Shown: piece by piece, positions 9,200 to 20,684 of the stretch
Position numbering within the stretch: position 1 is the first letter of the stretch
Layout of the letters: every line of letters starts with the position of its first letter
Origin: Longimicrobiales bacterium
GTDB lineage: Bacteria; Gemmatimonadota; Gemmatimonadetes; Longimicrobiales; Gaopeijiaceae
Assembly (NCBI GenBank): GCA_965198065.1
Contig: CBDAON010000004.1
Location: 1,248,001-1,312,000, forward strand
Direction of reading: 5' to 3'
Length of the DNA: 64,000 bases
Notes under the pieces: generated by a model
Seen by the model: the letters and a program-made list of their open reading frames with translations, nothing else
Told to the model about the DNA's origin: nothing
The model's database searches: none
Program-made: the position numbers and the translations under genes

Positions 9200-9732
9200 T
9201 CGAGCTCGTCGACGTCGCGCTCCTCACACTGCTCGCCGTCACGGCCTTCGGGATCCTCCGGCTTCGGAACCTGTTCGCGGTCGTCCTCATGAGCGCGATC
9301 TACAGCCTCCTCTCGGCAGGGCTCTTCGTCACGATGGACGCGCCCGATGTCGCGTTCACCGAAGCTGCGGTCGGCGTGGGGATCTCGACTGTGCTCTTCC
9401 TAGGAGCCCTGGCGCTGCTGGGGGACGAGGAGCGGCCGGAGGCTCGTTCCAGGGCCCTTCCGCTCGTCGTCGTGATCGTCACGGGAGGCATCCTCGCGTA
9501 CGGCATGCTCGACGTGCCGCCCTTCGGGGACCCGGCCAACCCGGTCCACCATCACGTCGTCCCCCGCTACCTCGAGGAGCAGGAGGCGGAGATCGGGATT
9601 CCGAACGTGGTGACGGCCGTGCTTACGAGCTACCGGGGTTACGACACCCTCGGGGAGACCACCGTCATCTTCACGGCCGGCATCGGGGTGCTCCTCCTCC
9701 TGGCCGGTCACCTGAGGAAGCGCGACCCGTGA
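9196..9732 (+). CDS. Mrp subunit B-related protein (DUF4040 plus MnhB N-terminal part)
   Basis: APDVAFTEAAVG and PNVVTAVLTSYRGYDTLGE motifs. Confidence 0.85.
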   Translation: MIELVDVALLTLLAVTAFGILRLRNLFAVVLMSAIYSLLSAGLFVTMDAPDVAFTEAAVGVGISTVLFLGALALLGDEERPEARSRALPLVVVIVTGGILAYGMLDVPPFGDPANPVHHHVVPRYLEEQEAEIGIPNVVTAVLTSYRGYDTLGETTVIFTAGIGVLLLLAGHLRKRDP

Positions 9733-10151
9733 GCGGGAACGTGATCCTCCGGGTGGCCACCAAGCTCCTCTGCCCGAACATCTTCCTCTTCGCGCTCTAT
9801 GTGCAGTTCCACGGCGATTATGGCCCGGGGGGGGGCTTCCAGGCCGGCGTGATCATGGGGGCGGGCTTCATCCTCTACGCTCTAGTCTATGGGCTCGATT
9901 ACACCCGCCGGGTCCTTCCCCCGGGAGTGGCGAGCACCTGCATGGCGCTCGGGGTCCTCCTCTTCGCGTCGGTCGGGGTGGTCGCGCTTCTCGGCGGCGG
10001 CGCGTACCTGGACTACAGCGCTCTCGCCGAGGACCAGCACATCGGGCAGCACTGGGGGATCTTCACGGTCGAGCTAGGCGTGTTCATCACGGTCTTCGGG
10101 ACGATGGTCTCGATCTTCTACGCAGTGGCCGGCCGCAAGGGCCGAAACTGA
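9729..10151 (+). CDS. mrpB: Mrp subunit B
   Basis: GTG at 9729 (GTGA overlap); HGDYGPGGGFQAG, ELGV. Confidence 0.88.
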   Translation: MSGNVILRVATKLLCPNIFLFALYVQFHGDYGPGGGFQAGVIMGAGFILYALVYGLDYTRRVLPPGVASTCMALGVLLFASVGVVALLGGGAYLDYSALAEDQHIGQHWGIFTVELGVFITVFGTMVSIFYAVAGRKGRN

Positions 10152-10159
10152 GCGCTTCG

Positions 10160-10552
10160 ATGGAATTCCTCCTCGGACACTACAACTACCTGGTCGTCGT
10201 CTTTCTGATGATGCTCGGGTTCTACATCGTCATCTCCCGCTCGAACATGGTGAAGGTGCTGGTGGGGCTCAGCCTCTTCCAGACGTCCGTCTTCATCTTC
10301 TACATTTCGCTGGGCAAGATCCGCGGCGGCACTGCGCCCATCCTCATCGAGGGCGCGGAGGACGTGGCGTACGCGAACCCGCTTCCCAGCGTTCTCATCC
10401 TCACCGCGATCGTCGTGAGCATCTCCACGACAGCGCTGGGCCTCGCCATCGTCATCCGGATCCGCGAGGCGTACGGCACGATCGAGGAGGAGGAAATCGA
10501 CTCGATCGAGAGCGCCGAAGACGTGTCGTCGCCGGACATCCGCTGGACGTGA
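10160..10552 (+). CDS. mrpC: Mrp subunit C
   Basis: NMVKVLVGL, NPLPSVLILTAIVV. Confidence 0.9.
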   Translation: MEFLLGHYNYLVVVFLMMLGFYIVISRSNMVKVLVGLSLFQTSVFIFYISLGKIRGGTAPILIEGAEDVAYANPLPSVLILTAIVVSISTTALGLAIVIRIREAYGTIEEEEIDSIESAEDVSSPDIRWT

Positions 10553-12057
10553 CCGGACAGCTGCCCATCCTCCAGGTTGCGGTCCCGCTGATGGCCGCCG
10601 GGATCTGTGCCCTGATCCCGCGAGGCCGGGTCGCCTGGGGGTGGGGCGTCCTGGTGGCGTGGGCCGCGCTCACCATCGCGATCTCGCTTCTGGCCCGTGT
10701 GCTCGCGGAGGGTCCGATCAGCTACGAGTTGGGCGGGTGGGCGGCGCCGTGGGGGATCGAGTACCGGATCGACGCCGTGAACGCCTTCGTCCTCGTGATC
10801 GTGGCGGGGATCGCGGCAGTCGTCTTTCCCTTCGCGCTCAAGAGCGTAGAAAAGGAGCTCGAGGTGGGGAAGATCCCCCTTTTCTACGCCGCCTTCCTCC
10901 TCTGCTTGACCGGGCTCCTTGGGGTCACGATCACGGGAGACGTCTTCAACCTCTTCGTGTTCCTGGAGATCTCCTCGCTCTCCAGCTACGTGCTGGTCGC
11001 GATGGGACGGGACCGGAGAGCGCTCACCGCCGCGTTCCGGTACCTCGTGATGGGGAGCGTCGGGGCGACGTTCATCCTGATCGGGATCGGCCTCCTGTAC
11101 GCGGTGACGGGAACGCTGAACATGCTGGATCTCTCGATCCGGATCCCACAGGTAGGCCCGTCCCGGACGATTCCCGTCGCCTTCGGCTTCCTCACGGTGG
11201 GGATCTGCCTGAAGCTGGCGCTCTTCCCGCTCCACCTCTGGCTTCCGAACGCGTACGCGTACGCGCCGTCCGTGGCGACCGCCTTTCTCGCTGCGACCTC
11301 GACCAAAGTCGCCGTCTACATGCTGCTTCGGTTCTTTTTCACGATTTTCGGGGCGGAATTCTCGTTCGACGTCATGCGTCTGGACGCGGTTCTAATCCCG
11401 CTCGCGCTCGTCGCGATCCTCACGATGTCTCTGGCGGCCATCTTCCAAGACAATCTGAAGCGCATGCTCGCGTACTCGAGCCTGGCCCAGATCGGATACA
11501 TCGCGCTGGGCATCGGCTTGGCGTCCGTGACGGGGCTGACCGCCGGAGTCCTGCACCTCTTCAACCACGCCCTCATGAAGGGAGCGCTCTTTCTCGCGGT
11601 AGGGTGCGTGTTCTACCGGCTCGGATCGGTGAGTGTGAGCCGCATGGCGGGGGTGGGTCGTGAGATGCCGTGGACCATGGGTGCCTTCACGGCGGCGGGG
11701 CTCAGCATCATTGGCGTGCCGCTCACGGTTGGGTTCATAAGCAAATGGTATCTGATCCTGGCGGCGCTGGACCGAGGATGGTGGCCGGTGGCGGCGCTCG
11801 TGCTTGTGGCCTCTCTCCTCGCGCTCGTGTACGTCGGGCGAGTCGTCGAGTCCGCATACTTCCGTCCTTCCCCCGAGGGGAGGGAGCGGCTGGCTGAGGC
11901 GCCGCTCTTCCTCCTCCTGCCGACTTGGGCTCTCGTGTTTGCCAACCTCCTTTTCGGCGTGGACGCGTCCCTCACGGTGGGGGTCGCGACGCGAGCCGCG
12001 GACTTGCTTCTCGGTGGGGGCGGCGTGACCGGGAGCCTGGGGTTGGGGCGACCGTGA
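10549..12057 (+). CDS. mrpD: Mrp subunit D (proton-conducting membrane subunit)
   Basis: TGDVFNLFVFLE, KLALFPLHLWLP, KRMLAYSS, NHALMKGALF, GFISKW. Confidence 0.92.
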   Translation: MTGQLPILQVAVPLMAAGICALIPRGRVAWGWGVLVAWAALTIAISLLARVLAEGPISYELGGWAAPWGIEYRIDAVNAFVLVIVAGIAAVVFPFALKSVEKELEVGKIPLFYAAFLLCLTGLLGVTITGDVFNLFVFLEISSLSSYVLVAMGRDRRALTAAFRYLVMGSVGATFILIGIGLLYAVTGTLNMLDLSIRIPQVGPSRTIPVAFGFLTVGICLKLALFPLHLWLPNAYAYAPSVATAFLAATSTKVAVYMLLRFFFTIFGAEFSFDVMRLDAVLIPLALVAILTMSLAAIFQDNLKRMLAYSSLAQIGYIALGIGLASVTGLTAGVLHLFNHALMKGALFLAVGCVFYRLGSVSVSRMAGVGREMPWTMGAFTAAGLSIIGVPLTVGFISKWYLILAALDRGWWPVAALVLVASLLALVYVGRVVESAYFRPSPEGRERLAEAPLFLLLPTWALVFANLLFGVDASLTVGVATRAADLLLGGGGVTGSLGLGRP

Positions 12058-13571
12058 GCGCCGAGCTTCTGTCCCGGCTGGTCGTCCTCGTTCCTGTGGC
12101 TGGCGCGTTCCTGATCGCGCTCGCCGGCCGACGCGCCAATCTGCGGGAAGGCGTATCGTTTCTGGCCGGAGGCCTCCTGCTCGCGAGCGTCGCCGGCCTG
12201 ACCGCCGAGGTGCTGCAGGGCGCCCGGCCCCAGGTCGTTCTCTTCCGGTTATTTCCGGGCCTGCCGCTCGAGCTTTCGGCGGAGCCCCTCGGCATGCTGT
12301 TCGCTCTTGTGGCCGCGCTCCTCTGGCCGATCAACTCGCTCTATTCCGTCGGATACATGCGGGGGAACCGGGAGGGGAATCAGACCCGCTACTACGTCTG
12401 CTTCGCGGTCGCGATCGCGAGCGCCATGGGGATCGCGTTAGCGGGGAATCTGGTCACGCTCTTCGCGTTCTACGAGGCCCTCACGTTCTCGACCTTTCCC
12501 CTGGTCACGCACCGTGGAACCGAGAAGGCGATGAAGGCGGGACGCGTCTACTTGGGAGTCCTCGTCTCTACCTCGATCGGCTTCCTGCTTCTGGCGATCG
12601 GCTGGACCTGGCTGGCCGCGGGCACGGTGGAGTTCACCCCGGGGGGGATACTCGAGGGGAGGGTGGACGGACCGGGCCTCGGGATCCTCCTCGCGCTCTA
12701 CGTGTTCGGGATCGGTAAGGCCGCGGTGATGCCCGTCCACCGGTGGCTCCCGGCCGCGATGGTCGCGCCCACCCCGGTGAGCGCTCTCCTGCACGCGGTG
12801 GCGGTCGTGAAGGCGGGAGTCTTCTCGATCGTCAAGGTCGTCGTGTATGTGTTCGGGCTGGAGACGCTCGCTGCGGCCGGGTCGACCGGGTGGGTAGCCT
12901 ACGTAGCCGGCTTCACCGTGATCGGGGCGTCCGTGGTCTCCATCCGGATCCTGCTCGCTGGTGGGGACCTGAAGCGGTTGCTCGCGTACTCCACCATCAG
13001 CCAGCTCTCCTACGTCGTCCTGGCCGCGGCCGTCTACGCTCCAATGTCGGCTGCTGGCGCGGCTCTTCACATCATCGCGCACGCCTTCGGTAAGATCACC
13101 CTCTTCTTCGCGGCCGGGTCCATCTATACGGCCGCGCGCGAGACCCAGATCTCCGGATTGGACGGGATCGGTCGCCTGATGCCTTGGACCATGGGGGCGT
13201 TCGCCGTCGGGAGCCTCTCGATGATCGGACTTCCGCCCACGGGCGGCTTCATCAGCAAATGGTATATGCTGATGGGGGCCATGGAGGCCCAGCACCTGAT
13301 CGCTGCTGGCGTCCTGGTGGCGAGCACGCTTCTGAACGCAGCTTACTTCGGTCCGATCGTGTACCGTGCTTTCTTGATCGCACCGGGGGCGAAGTTGGAC
13401 GCCCCCGGCGGCACGGGCCACGACGGCGAGGCACCCCTCCCCATCGTCGTCGCAACCGTGGCGACGGCCGCCCTGACCGTAATCCTGTTCTTCTTCCCCG
13501 ACGTGCCGCTCGAGCTGGTTTCACAGATGCTGGAGTCGGCGCTCCCGGCTCAGGTGGTGGGACTCCGATGA
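12054..13571 (+). CDS. MrpD/NuoL-like antiporter subunit (second paralog)
   Basis: GTG at 12054 (GTGA overlap); WLPAAMVAPTPVSALLHA, KRLLAYSTISQ, HAFGK. Confidence 0.9.
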   Translation: MSAELLSRLVVLVPVAGAFLIALAGRRANLREGVSFLAGGLLLASVAGLTAEVLQGARPQVVLFRLFPGLPLELSAEPLGMLFALVAALLWPINSLYSVGYMRGNREGNQTRYYVCFAVAIASAMGIALAGNLVTLFAFYEALTFSTFPLVTHRGTEKAMKAGRVYLGVLVSTSIGFLLLAIGWTWLAAGTVEFTPGGILEGRVDGPGLGILLALYVFGIGKAAVMPVHRWLPAAMVAPTPVSALLHAVAVVKAGVFSIVKVVVYVFGLETLAAAGSTGWVAYVAGFTVIGASVVSIRILLAGGDLKRLLAYSTISQLSYVVLAAAVYAPMSAAGAALHIIAHAFGKITLFFAAGSIYTAARETQISGLDGIGRLMPWTMGAFAVGSLSMIGLPPTGGFISKWYMLMGAMEAQHLIAAGVLVASTLLNAAYFGPIVYRAFLIAPGAKLDAPGGTGHDGEAPLPIVVATVATAALTVILFFFPDVPLELVSQMLESALPAQVVGLR

Positions 13572-13620
13572 GACGAGGATCGTGTCGGTGAGGCTGGGTG
13601 GGGGCGGGGTGGGCCCTCCG

Positions 13621-13875
13621 ATGAGACCGTCCGACGAGCCCACCCACTGGCTCGTTCGTCCCCAGACGATCCGGATGCTCTGGAGGGTGTTCATCGGGAT
13701 TCTCGTCCTGACGGTCCTTGCCGACTTCTTCGTCCGTCAGCACGAGCACTTTGGGATCGACGACTCGTTCGGGTTTTACGCCGGGTACGGATTCGTCAGC
13801 TGTGTCGCGATGGTGCTCTTCGCGAAGTTGCTCGGCGTCTTCGTGAAGCGAAGAGACACGTATTATGGGGATTGA
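13621..13875 (+). CDS. Small two-TM membrane protein inside the mrp operon
   Basis: Two hydrophobic helices, GFYAGYGF, C-terminal KRRDTYY; overlaps the next start. Confidence 0.75.
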   Translation: MRPSDEPTHWLVRPQTIRMLWRVFIGILVLTVLADFFVRQHEHFGIDDSFGFYAGYGFVSCVAMVLFAKLLGVFVKRRDTYYGD

Positions 13876-15550
13876 GTCCTTTCCGCCGGGGCTGATCCTG
13901 ATCCTGGGAGCGTTTTTCCTTCCGGCCCTGAAGGGAACGCCGAGAGCGGTGGGCGTCCTCGTGCTCCCGCTCCTCACCCTCGCGGCGGTAGTGACGATCC
14001 CCACGGGGGTACATCTCGAGCTTGGCTTTCTAGGGTTCGAGCTGGAGCCGCTCAGGGTGACTACCCTCGGCCGGCTCTTCGCCATCGTGTTCTCGCTCAT
14101 GGCCGCGGCCGGGGGCCTCTACGGGCTCCGGCAAGCTTCTCTGTTCGAGATCGTGTCGGCCTACGTCTACGCCGGGAGCGCGGTGGGGGCGACGTTCGCG
14201 GGCGACCTCATCACGCTCTTCGTGTTCTGGGAGCTGATGGCCATCGGATCGACCGCCGTAATCTGGTCGGCGGGAACGGAGCCTGCGTATCGGGCGGGGG
14301 TGCGCTACCTCCTAGTTCACCTCCTGGGTGGCGTCCTGCTCATGCTGGGAGTGACCGGATACGCGGCGGCGAACCAATCCGTCGCGTTCGGGCCGATGGA
14401 ACTCGACGGTCCGGCCACCTGGCTCATCTTCGCGGGCTTCCTCGTGAATGCGGGGGCCCCGCCCCTTTCCGCGTGGATCGCGGACGCCTATCCGGAGGCG
14501 AGCCCCAGCGGGGCGGCTTTCCTGTCGGCCTTCACCACGAAGACGGCTGTCTACGCTCTGCTGGTCGGTTTCGCGGGAACGTCTCTCCTCGTTCCCATCG
14601 GCCTCTACATGGCCTTTTACGGGATCATTTACGCGCTCCTCGAGAACGACATGCGCCGCATCCTGGCGTACAGCATCGTGAACCAGGTGGGGTTCATGGT
14701 TGCGGGGATTGGGATCGGAACGCCCATGGCCCTGAATGGCGCCGCGGCCCATGCCTTCGCGCACATCATCTACAAGGGTCTGCTCTTCATGTCGGCGGGG
14801 GCGGTCCTCTATCGCACCGGGAAGCGGAAATGCACCGAGCTGGGCGGACTCTTCCGCACGATGCCCTTCACGATGGCCTTCGGAGCGATCGGTGCGATCG
14901 CCATCTCGTCGTTCCCGTTCACCTCGGGGTTCGTGTCGAAGTCCATGATCAACCAGGCCGCCGCGGATGCCGATCTCGCCGTGTCGTGGTTCCTCCTCAC
15001 GGCTGCGTCGGCCGGGGTCTTCCTGCACGCGGGGATCAAGTTCCCCTGGTTCGTCTTCTTCCACAAAGACTCGGGAATGCGGCCGCCGGAGGCACCCGGG
15101 CACATGATGATCAGCATGGGCTTCTTCGCGTTCCTCTGCCTTTTCCTCGGGGTGGCACCGGGTGTGTTATACTCGCTCCTGCCTCTCCCCGTCGAGTACG
15201 TACCGTACACGGTCGAGCACCTCGTGTCCCAGTTCCAGCTTCTCCTGTTTGCGGGTCTCGCTTTCTTCGCTCTCCTCCCGGCGATGCTGCGAACGGAGAC
15301 GCTCTCGCTGGATTTCGACTGGCTCTATCGGCGACTGGGATGGGTAATCGTCGCCGGGATGGCAAGTTCGATGTCGGCGGGATGGAGTGCGCTGGGCGAG
15401 GGAGCTCGGGGGCACTTCGGTCGGATTACGTCTGTGATATTCCGCACGCATGGTCCGCAGGGGCCCCTGGCGCGCTCGTGGCCCGTCGGAAGCATGGTCC
15501 TCTGGGTCGCCGTGCTTCTCGGGGCCTTCCTCGCCTTCGCCCTGAGCTGA
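13865..15550 (+). CDS. MrpD/MrpA-like antiporter subunit (third paralog)
   Basis: FVFWE, WIADAYPEAS, AFTTKTAVY, RRILAYS, HIIYKGLLF. Confidence 0.9.
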   Translation: MGIESFPPGLILILGAFFLPALKGTPRAVGVLVLPLLTLAAVVTIPTGVHLELGFLGFELEPLRVTTLGRLFAIVFSLMAAAGGLYGLRQASLFEIVSAYVYAGSAVGATFAGDLITLFVFWELMAIGSTAVIWSAGTEPAYRAGVRYLLVHLLGGVLLMLGVTGYAAANQSVAFGPMELDGPATWLIFAGFLVNAGAPPLSAWIADAYPEASPSGAAFLSAFTTKTAVYALLVGFAGTSLLVPIGLYMAFYGIIYALLENDMRRILAYSIVNQVGFMVAGIGIGTPMALNGAAAHAFAHIIYKGLLFMSAGAVLYRTGKRKCTELGGLFRTMPFTMAFGAIGAIAISSFPFTSGFVSKSMINQAAADADLAVSWFLLTAASAGVFLHAGIKFPWFVFFHKDSGMRPPEAPGHMMISMGFFAFLCLFLGVAPGVLYSLLPLPVEYVPYTVEHLVSQFQLLLFAGLAFFALLPAMLRTETLSLDFDWLYRRLGWVIVAGMASSMSAGWSALGEGARGHFGRITSVIFRTHGPQGPLARSWPVGSMVLWVAVLLGAFLAFALS

Positions 15551-15611
15551 GCCGGCGGGGCCTCGACGCGTCGTGCGACGGGATCCGCGTGCCCGGCGGC
15601 CTGGGTCGGCC

Positions 15612-15941
15612 TCACGTCAAGCCGTCGTTTCGCTCCTTGAGAAGCCGGCGCATGGCCAGTGCATCGTGCAGCATGATCCGGAGAAACTCGCTTTCGATCG
15701 GCTTCACCAGGTAGGTTCTCGCGCCCTGATCGAGGCAGCGGACCGCGAGCGCGGGGTCGTCCAGCCCGGTCAGGATGATGACAGCCATCTCGGGTTCGCG
15801 TTCCAGGACCCAGCGCAGGAACTCGACGCCGCTCATGCGGGGAAGGTCGATGTCGAGGAGCACCGCGTCGAACGACTCGGCCCCAAGCCACGAGTCCGCC
15901 TCAGGGCGAGGATCCGCCGCGACCGACGCGCCTTCCTCCAT
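15612..15941 (-). pseudogene. Response-regulator receiver domain with degenerate or missing N-terminus
   Basis: FDAVLLDIDLPRMSG, IILTG and YLVKP are present. No beta1 acidic pair in frame, and an in-frame stop lies upstream. Confidence 0.6.
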
Positions 15942-16098
15942 CGAATGGACTCGACCTGTGCACGATCCTCCAAGTCGCCGACGGTGGGCGGCGGTTCGTC
16001 ACGCCGCCGTCGGGAACCTTCCGCACCGTGATCCCGGCTGGGCCCGCCTGGATATCGGCCTTTGAAGCTACTGTCGCCCATGGCTCTGGGCCTGGAAT

Positions 16099-18234
16099 CT
16101 AGGAGTCGCCGCGAACGCGGGCGAGCGATGCGTGGGCTCGCTCGACGACTGTGCTGGAGGTGATCCGCAGTTCTCGGAAGAGCGTTCCTCCGGGCGCAGA
16201 GGCGCCGAAACGGTCCAGGCCGACCGCCTCCCCCAGCGGGCCGATCCAGCGGGACCATCCGAGCGGGCTGCCCGCTTCCAGCGAGACGCGGGCGAGCACG
16301 TCCGGTGGAAGGACTCGGTCGATGTACGCGGGCTCCTGCCGGGAGAAGACGTACCAGCTGGGGAGGCTCACGACACGGGTGGGAATCCCGTCGGCCTCCA
16401 TCGCCGTCCCGGCCTCGATGGCGAGGTGGAGCTCCGATCCCGAGCCGATCAGGACGACCTCCGGAGGGCCCCCCGACGCCTCCCGGAACACGTACCCCCC
16501 CCTCTCGGCGTCCGCCTCTCCGGACCCGCCCTCCCGCTCGAGCTGCGGGACCGGCTGGCGCGTGAGCGCCAGGAAGGCGGGCCCATCCGAGCGAGCGAGC
16601 GCGAGGCGCCAGGCAGCGGCCGTCTCCACTGCGTCTGCCGGCCGAAAGTCCATCAGGCCGGGAATCGCGCGGAGCGCCATGAGCTGTTCGATCGGCTGAT
16701 GGGTGGGGCCGTCCTCTCCCAGGCCAATCGAATCGTGCGTGAACACGTACGTGACGGGCAGGCCCATCAGAGCCGCCAGTCGGATGGCTGGTCGCATGTA
16801 ATCCGAGAAGATCAGGAACGTTCCGCCATACACGCGCAGCCCTCCGTGGAGGGCCATCCCGCTCAGGATTCCACCCATCGCATGCTCACGAACTCCGAAG
16901 TGGAGGTTCCTTCCCCCTGGGTGATCGGGCAGGAACGAGTCGGCCCCCTTGATGTGGGTGTTGTTCGACGGCGCGAGGTCCGCAGATCCGCCCACAAGAT
17001 TGGGGATGGCCCGAGCGAGCGCCTGAAGGACTCTACCGGAGCTGGACCGGGTGGCCTCCGGCTTGGCCGCGACCGCCAGGCTCTCCGGCTGGGCGCGCGC
17101 GGACCCGGCGGAGGCAACCCCCGAGTGAGCTCCGGCCTCCGCGGTGCCGACCGCCGACTCCCAGCCGGCAGGCAGGCCTCCGGAGAGGAATCGCTCGAAC
17201 TCCTCCGCCTCCCCCGGCAACGCGGCCCGGTAGGCGGCCATCACCTCAGTCCACTCGTTCTCGAGCGCTTCTCCCCGGGGCTTCGCCTCGGCCCACTCCC
17301 GACGCGCCTCTTCGGCGACCCAGAACGGCTCGAGCGATGGGTAACCGAGCGCCTCCTTTGTGAGGCGGACCTCCTCCTCCCCGAGCGCGGCTCCGTGCGC
17401 CGCCGCGGTCCCCGCTTTGTTCGGGCTCCCGTAGGCAATCACGGTCTTGAGTGCGATGAACGACGGTCGCTCGGTTTCCTGCCGGGCGGCGTGGACGGCC
17501 CACCCGATCGCCGACAGGTCGTTCCCGTCGGCGACGGACTGGACGTGCCAACCGTACCCCTCGAAGCGGCGGAGCTGATCGGTGGACGTGGCGAGCGCCG
17601 TGGACCCCTCGATCGTGATCCCGTTGTCGTCGAAGATCCAGATGAGCTTCCCCAACCGGTGGTGCCCCGCCAGCTCCGCGGCCTCGTGCGAGACCCCCTC
17701 CATCAGGTCCCCGTCCGAGCAGAGCACGTAGGTGGCATGATCCACGACCGTGTGCCCGGGGCGGTTGAAGCGGTCAGCCAGCCAACGCTCCGCGAGGGCC
17801 ATTCCCACTGAGTTCGCTACTCCCTGCCCGAGTGGGCCTGTCGTCGTCTCGACCCCCGGGGTGAGCCCGCGCTCCGGATGACCCGGCGTGCGACTCTCCC
17901 ACTGCCGGAACCTCCTGATCTCCTCCAGGGGGAGCTCGTAACCGGACAGGTGGAGGACGGAGTAGACCAACATCGAGGCGTGACCTGCCGAGAGCACGAA
18001 GCGGTCGCGGTCCGGCCACGACGGGTTCGCCGGGTTGTGCCGGAGGACGTGTCGCCAGAGGAGGTAGCCGGCTGGAGCCAGGCCCATGGGGGCGCCCGGG
18101 TGGCCGCATCTGGCGGCCTGGACTGCGTCCATCGATAGGACCCGGATGGCGTCCACCGCGAGCCGGGCGATCCGGGCGTCGGGGAGGACGATCGCGCCGG
18201 AGACCGTTCGGGTGCGAGTCGTCCCGCCGTTCAT
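16099..18234 (-). CDS. tkt: Transketolase
   Basis: [25 protein letters not shown] (TPP motif), [16 protein letters not shown]. Confidence 0.97.
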   Translation of the reverse strand: MNGGTTRTRTVSGAIVLPDARIARLAVDAIRVLSMDAVQAARCGHPGAPMGLAPAGYLLWRHVLRHNPANPSWPDRDRFVLSAGHASMLVYSVLHLSGYELPLEEIRRFRQWESRTPGHPERGLTPGVETTTGPLGQGVANSVGMALAERWLADRFNRPGHTVVDHATYVLCSDGDLMEGVSHEAAELAGHHRLGKLIWIFDDNGITIEGSTALATSTDQLRRFEGYGWHVQSVADGNDLSAIGWAVHAARQETERPSFIALKTVIAYGSPNKAGTAAAHGAALGEEEVRLTKEALGYPSLEPFWVAEEARREWAEAKPRGEALENEWTEVMAAYRAALPGEAEEFERFLSGGLPAGWESAVGTAEAGAHSGVASAGSARAQPESLAVAAKPEATRSSSGRVLQALARAIPNLVGGSADLAPSNNTHIKGADSFLPDHPGGRNLHFGVREHAMGGILSGMALHGGLRVYGGTFLIFSDYMRPAIRLAALMGLPVTYVFTHDSIGLGEDGPTHQPIEQLMALRAIPGLMDFRPADAVETAAAWRLALARSDGPAFLALTRQPVPQLEREGGSGEADAERGGYVFREASGGPPEVVLIGSGSELHLAIEAGTAMEADGIPTRVVSLPSWYVFSRQEPAYIDRVLPPDVLARVSLEAGSPLGWSRWIGPLGEAVGLDRFGASAPGGTLFRELRITSSTVVERAHASLARVRGDS

Positions 18235-20684
18235 CCCACGACCAGGTTCAGGAGGCGGTCGGGCACGTATACGACTCTCCTGAGCTCGGCATCTTCCAGA
18301 TAGCGAGCCACGTTGGGCTCGACCCTGGCCCGAGCGAGCGCCGCTTCCTCCGACGTTCCGCGCGCCAGCGCGATCGAGCCCCGGACCTTTCCGTTCACCT
18401 GAATCGCGAGGGTCACCGTCTCCTCCCGCGCTTTCGCCGGGTCGGAGCTCGGCCAGGCGGCCGAGTCGAAGACGGAGGCCTCGTGGCCCAGGCGGGACCA
18501 GAGCTCCTCGGCCAGGTGGGGGCAGAACGGCGCGATCATGACGACGAGCGGCTCGACCTCGGAGCGGGCCGCGCCCCGGTCACCGGCGCGCACGACGTTC
18601 AGGTACTCCATCAGGGCTGCGATCGACGTGTTGTACTGGAGCTCCGGGATCTGCCCGCTGAGCTTGGCGATCGTCTGGTGCAGCTTCCGCTCGACGTCCG
18701 GATCGGGCGGCCCGTCCCCGAGCGCCTCGACGGGAACGACGGTCTCCCAGAGGCGCTTGAGGAAGCCGAACGGCCCCTGGATGCCCTGGTCACGATAGTC
18801 CCCACCCTCCTCGAAGGGGCCAAGGAACATCAAGTAGAGACGAAACGCGTCGGCCCCGTGCTCCTCGATGATCGGATCGGGGATGATCACGTTTCCGCGG
18901 CTCTTGGACATCTTGGCGCCGTCGCGGATGATGAGGCCGTGGGCCCGGAAGCGAGTGAACGGTTCCTCGAAGCGGATCCGGCCGATCTCCTCGAGCGCCA
19001 TCGTGATGAATCGGGCGTAGAGGAGGTGGAGCACCGCGTGCTCGTTCCCGCCGATGTAGCAGTTCACGGGGAGCCACTTCCGAGTCAGCTCCCGATCGAA
19101 CGCTGCGTCGTTCCTGTCGGCCGATGGATACCGCAGGAAGTACCAGGCCGAGTCCAGGAACGTGTCGGACACGTCGGTCTCGCGCCGCGCCGGGCGGCCG
19201 CACTCCGGGCAGCTCGTCCGGTACCACTCTTCCCCACGGGCGAGGGGGCTCACGCCGGAGTCGTCCGGCGTGAAGTCCTCGACCCGGGGCAGGATCACCG
19301 GAAGCTGGTCGTCGGGGACTGCCACCGGACCGCAGCCGTCGCAATGGACGATCGGGATTGGAGGACCCCAATACCGCTGACGCGAGATGCACCAGTCGTG
19401 GAGGCGGTAGGTCACCCGGTGCTCTCCGAGCTCCCGGTCGCCGAGCCACTCGACGATCGCCCGCTTCGCCTTGGCGGTAGGCATACCGCTGAAGGTTCCG
19501 GAGTTCACGGAGGTGCCGTCCTCGACCAGCGCCTCGGCGAGGGGCGTGTCCGAGCCCTCACCGGCGCCGGCGACAACCCTACGGATGGGAAGCCCGAACA
19601 CCGTCGCAAACTCGAAGTCGCGCTCGTCGTGTCCGGGCACCGCCATGACCGCGCCCGTCCCGTACTCCATCAGGACGTAGTCGGCGATCCAGATGGGGAT
19701 CCGCTCCCCCGTCGCCGGATTCTCGCAGTGCCCGCCCGTGAAGACACCGGTCTTCGACTTGTCCACCTTCTTCCGCGCCACGAGGTCCATGCGGGCCACC
19801 TCCTCCCGATAGGCCTCGACCTCCGGACGACGATCGGCCGTGGTCACCCGGTCCACGAGCGGGTGCTCGGGCGCGAGGACCATGTACGTGGCGCCAAAGA
19901 CGGTGTCGGGGCGGGTCGTAAAGACCTCGATTGCCTCGCCGGTGGCCAACTCGGGAAGGGGGAAGCGCAGGCTCGCTCCCTCGCTCCTCCCGATCCAATT
20001 CCGCTGCGCCTTTTTCGTCGTCTCGGACCAGTCGAGCGCGTCCAGGTTCGAGAGCAGACGCTCCGCGAAGTCCGAGATGCGAAAGAACCACTGGGCGATG
20101 AGGCGCTGCTCGACCGGCGTGTCGCACCGCTCGCAGCGGCCGCCCACGACCTGCTCGTTGGCGAGGACCGTCTTGCAAGAAGGGCACCAGTTCACCGGCG
20201 CCTCCTTCCTCTCCGCGAGACCGGCCTCGAAGAGGCGGAGGAAGATCCACTGGGTCCACCGGTAGTAGTCCGGACTCGTCGTGTCGACCGCGTGATTCCA
20301 GTCGAACATGCCTCCGATCCGCCGGAGCTGGCGCGTGAAGTTGGCCACGTTCCTGGGGATCAGATCCATAGGATGGATCCCGACTTTCAGCGCGAAGTTC
20401 TCGGAATGGATCCCGAAGGCATCGAAGCCGATCGGCTCGAAGACGTCGTGGCCCGTCAGGCGCCGGAAGCGGCCGTGAACGTCGGCGCCCGTGAACGCAT
20501 AGATGTTTCCCACGTGCAGCCCCTCGGCGGAGGGGTAGGGGAACATCATGAGGTTGTAATACGGGCGCTCCGGAGCGCTCAGGTCACCGGCGGTGAAGAG
20601 GTTCGTTCCCCGACGCTCCCATTCCGCCTGCCACTTTTCCTCGACCTCGGCCGGGCGGTAGCGGTCCCTCTCCTGATCTGACAT
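18231..20684 (-). CDS. leuS: Leucine--tRNA ligase
   Basis: MFPYPS..LHVGN, FTTRPDT (CP1 editing domain), [22 protein letters not shown]; start at ATG 20684. Confidence 0.97.
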   Translation of the reverse strand: MSDQERDRYRPAEVEEKWQAEWERRGTNLFTAGDLSAPERPYYNLMMFPYPSAEGLHVGNIYAFTGADVHGRFRRLTGHDVFEPIGFDAFGIHSENFALKVGIHPMDLIPRNVANFTRQLRRIGGMFDWNHAVDTTSPDYYRWTQWIFLRLFEAGLAERKEAPVNWCPSCKTVLANEQVVGGRCERCDTPVEQRLIAQWFFRISDFAERLLSNLDALDWSETTKKAQRNWIGRSEGASLRFPLPELATGEAIEVFTTRPDTVFGATYMVLAPEHPLVDRVTTADRRPEVEAYREEVARMDLVARKKVDKSKTGVFTGGHCENPATGERIPIWIADYVLMEYGTGAVMAVPGHDERDFEFATVFGLPIRRVVAGAGEGSDTPLAEALVEDGTSVNSGTFSGMPTAKAKRAIVEWLGDRELGEHRVTYRLHDWCISRQRYWGPPIPIVHCDGCGPVAVPDDQLPVILPRVEDFTPDDSGVSPLARGEEWYRTSCPECGRPARRETDVSDTFLDSAWYFLRYPSADRNDAAFDRELTRKWLPVNCYIGGNEHAVLHLLYARFITMALEEIGRIRFEEPFTRFRAHGLIIRDGAKMSKSRGNVIIPDPIIEEHGADAFRLYLMFLGPFEEGGDYRDQGIQGPFGFLKRLWETVVPVEALGDGPPDPDVERKLHQTIAKLSGQIPELQYNTSIAALMEYLNVVRAGDRGAARSEVEPLVVMIAPFCPHLAEELWSRLGHEASVFDSAAWPSSDPAKAREETVTLAIQVNGKVRGSIALARGTSEEAALARARVEPNVARYLEDAELRRVVYVPDRLLNLVVG

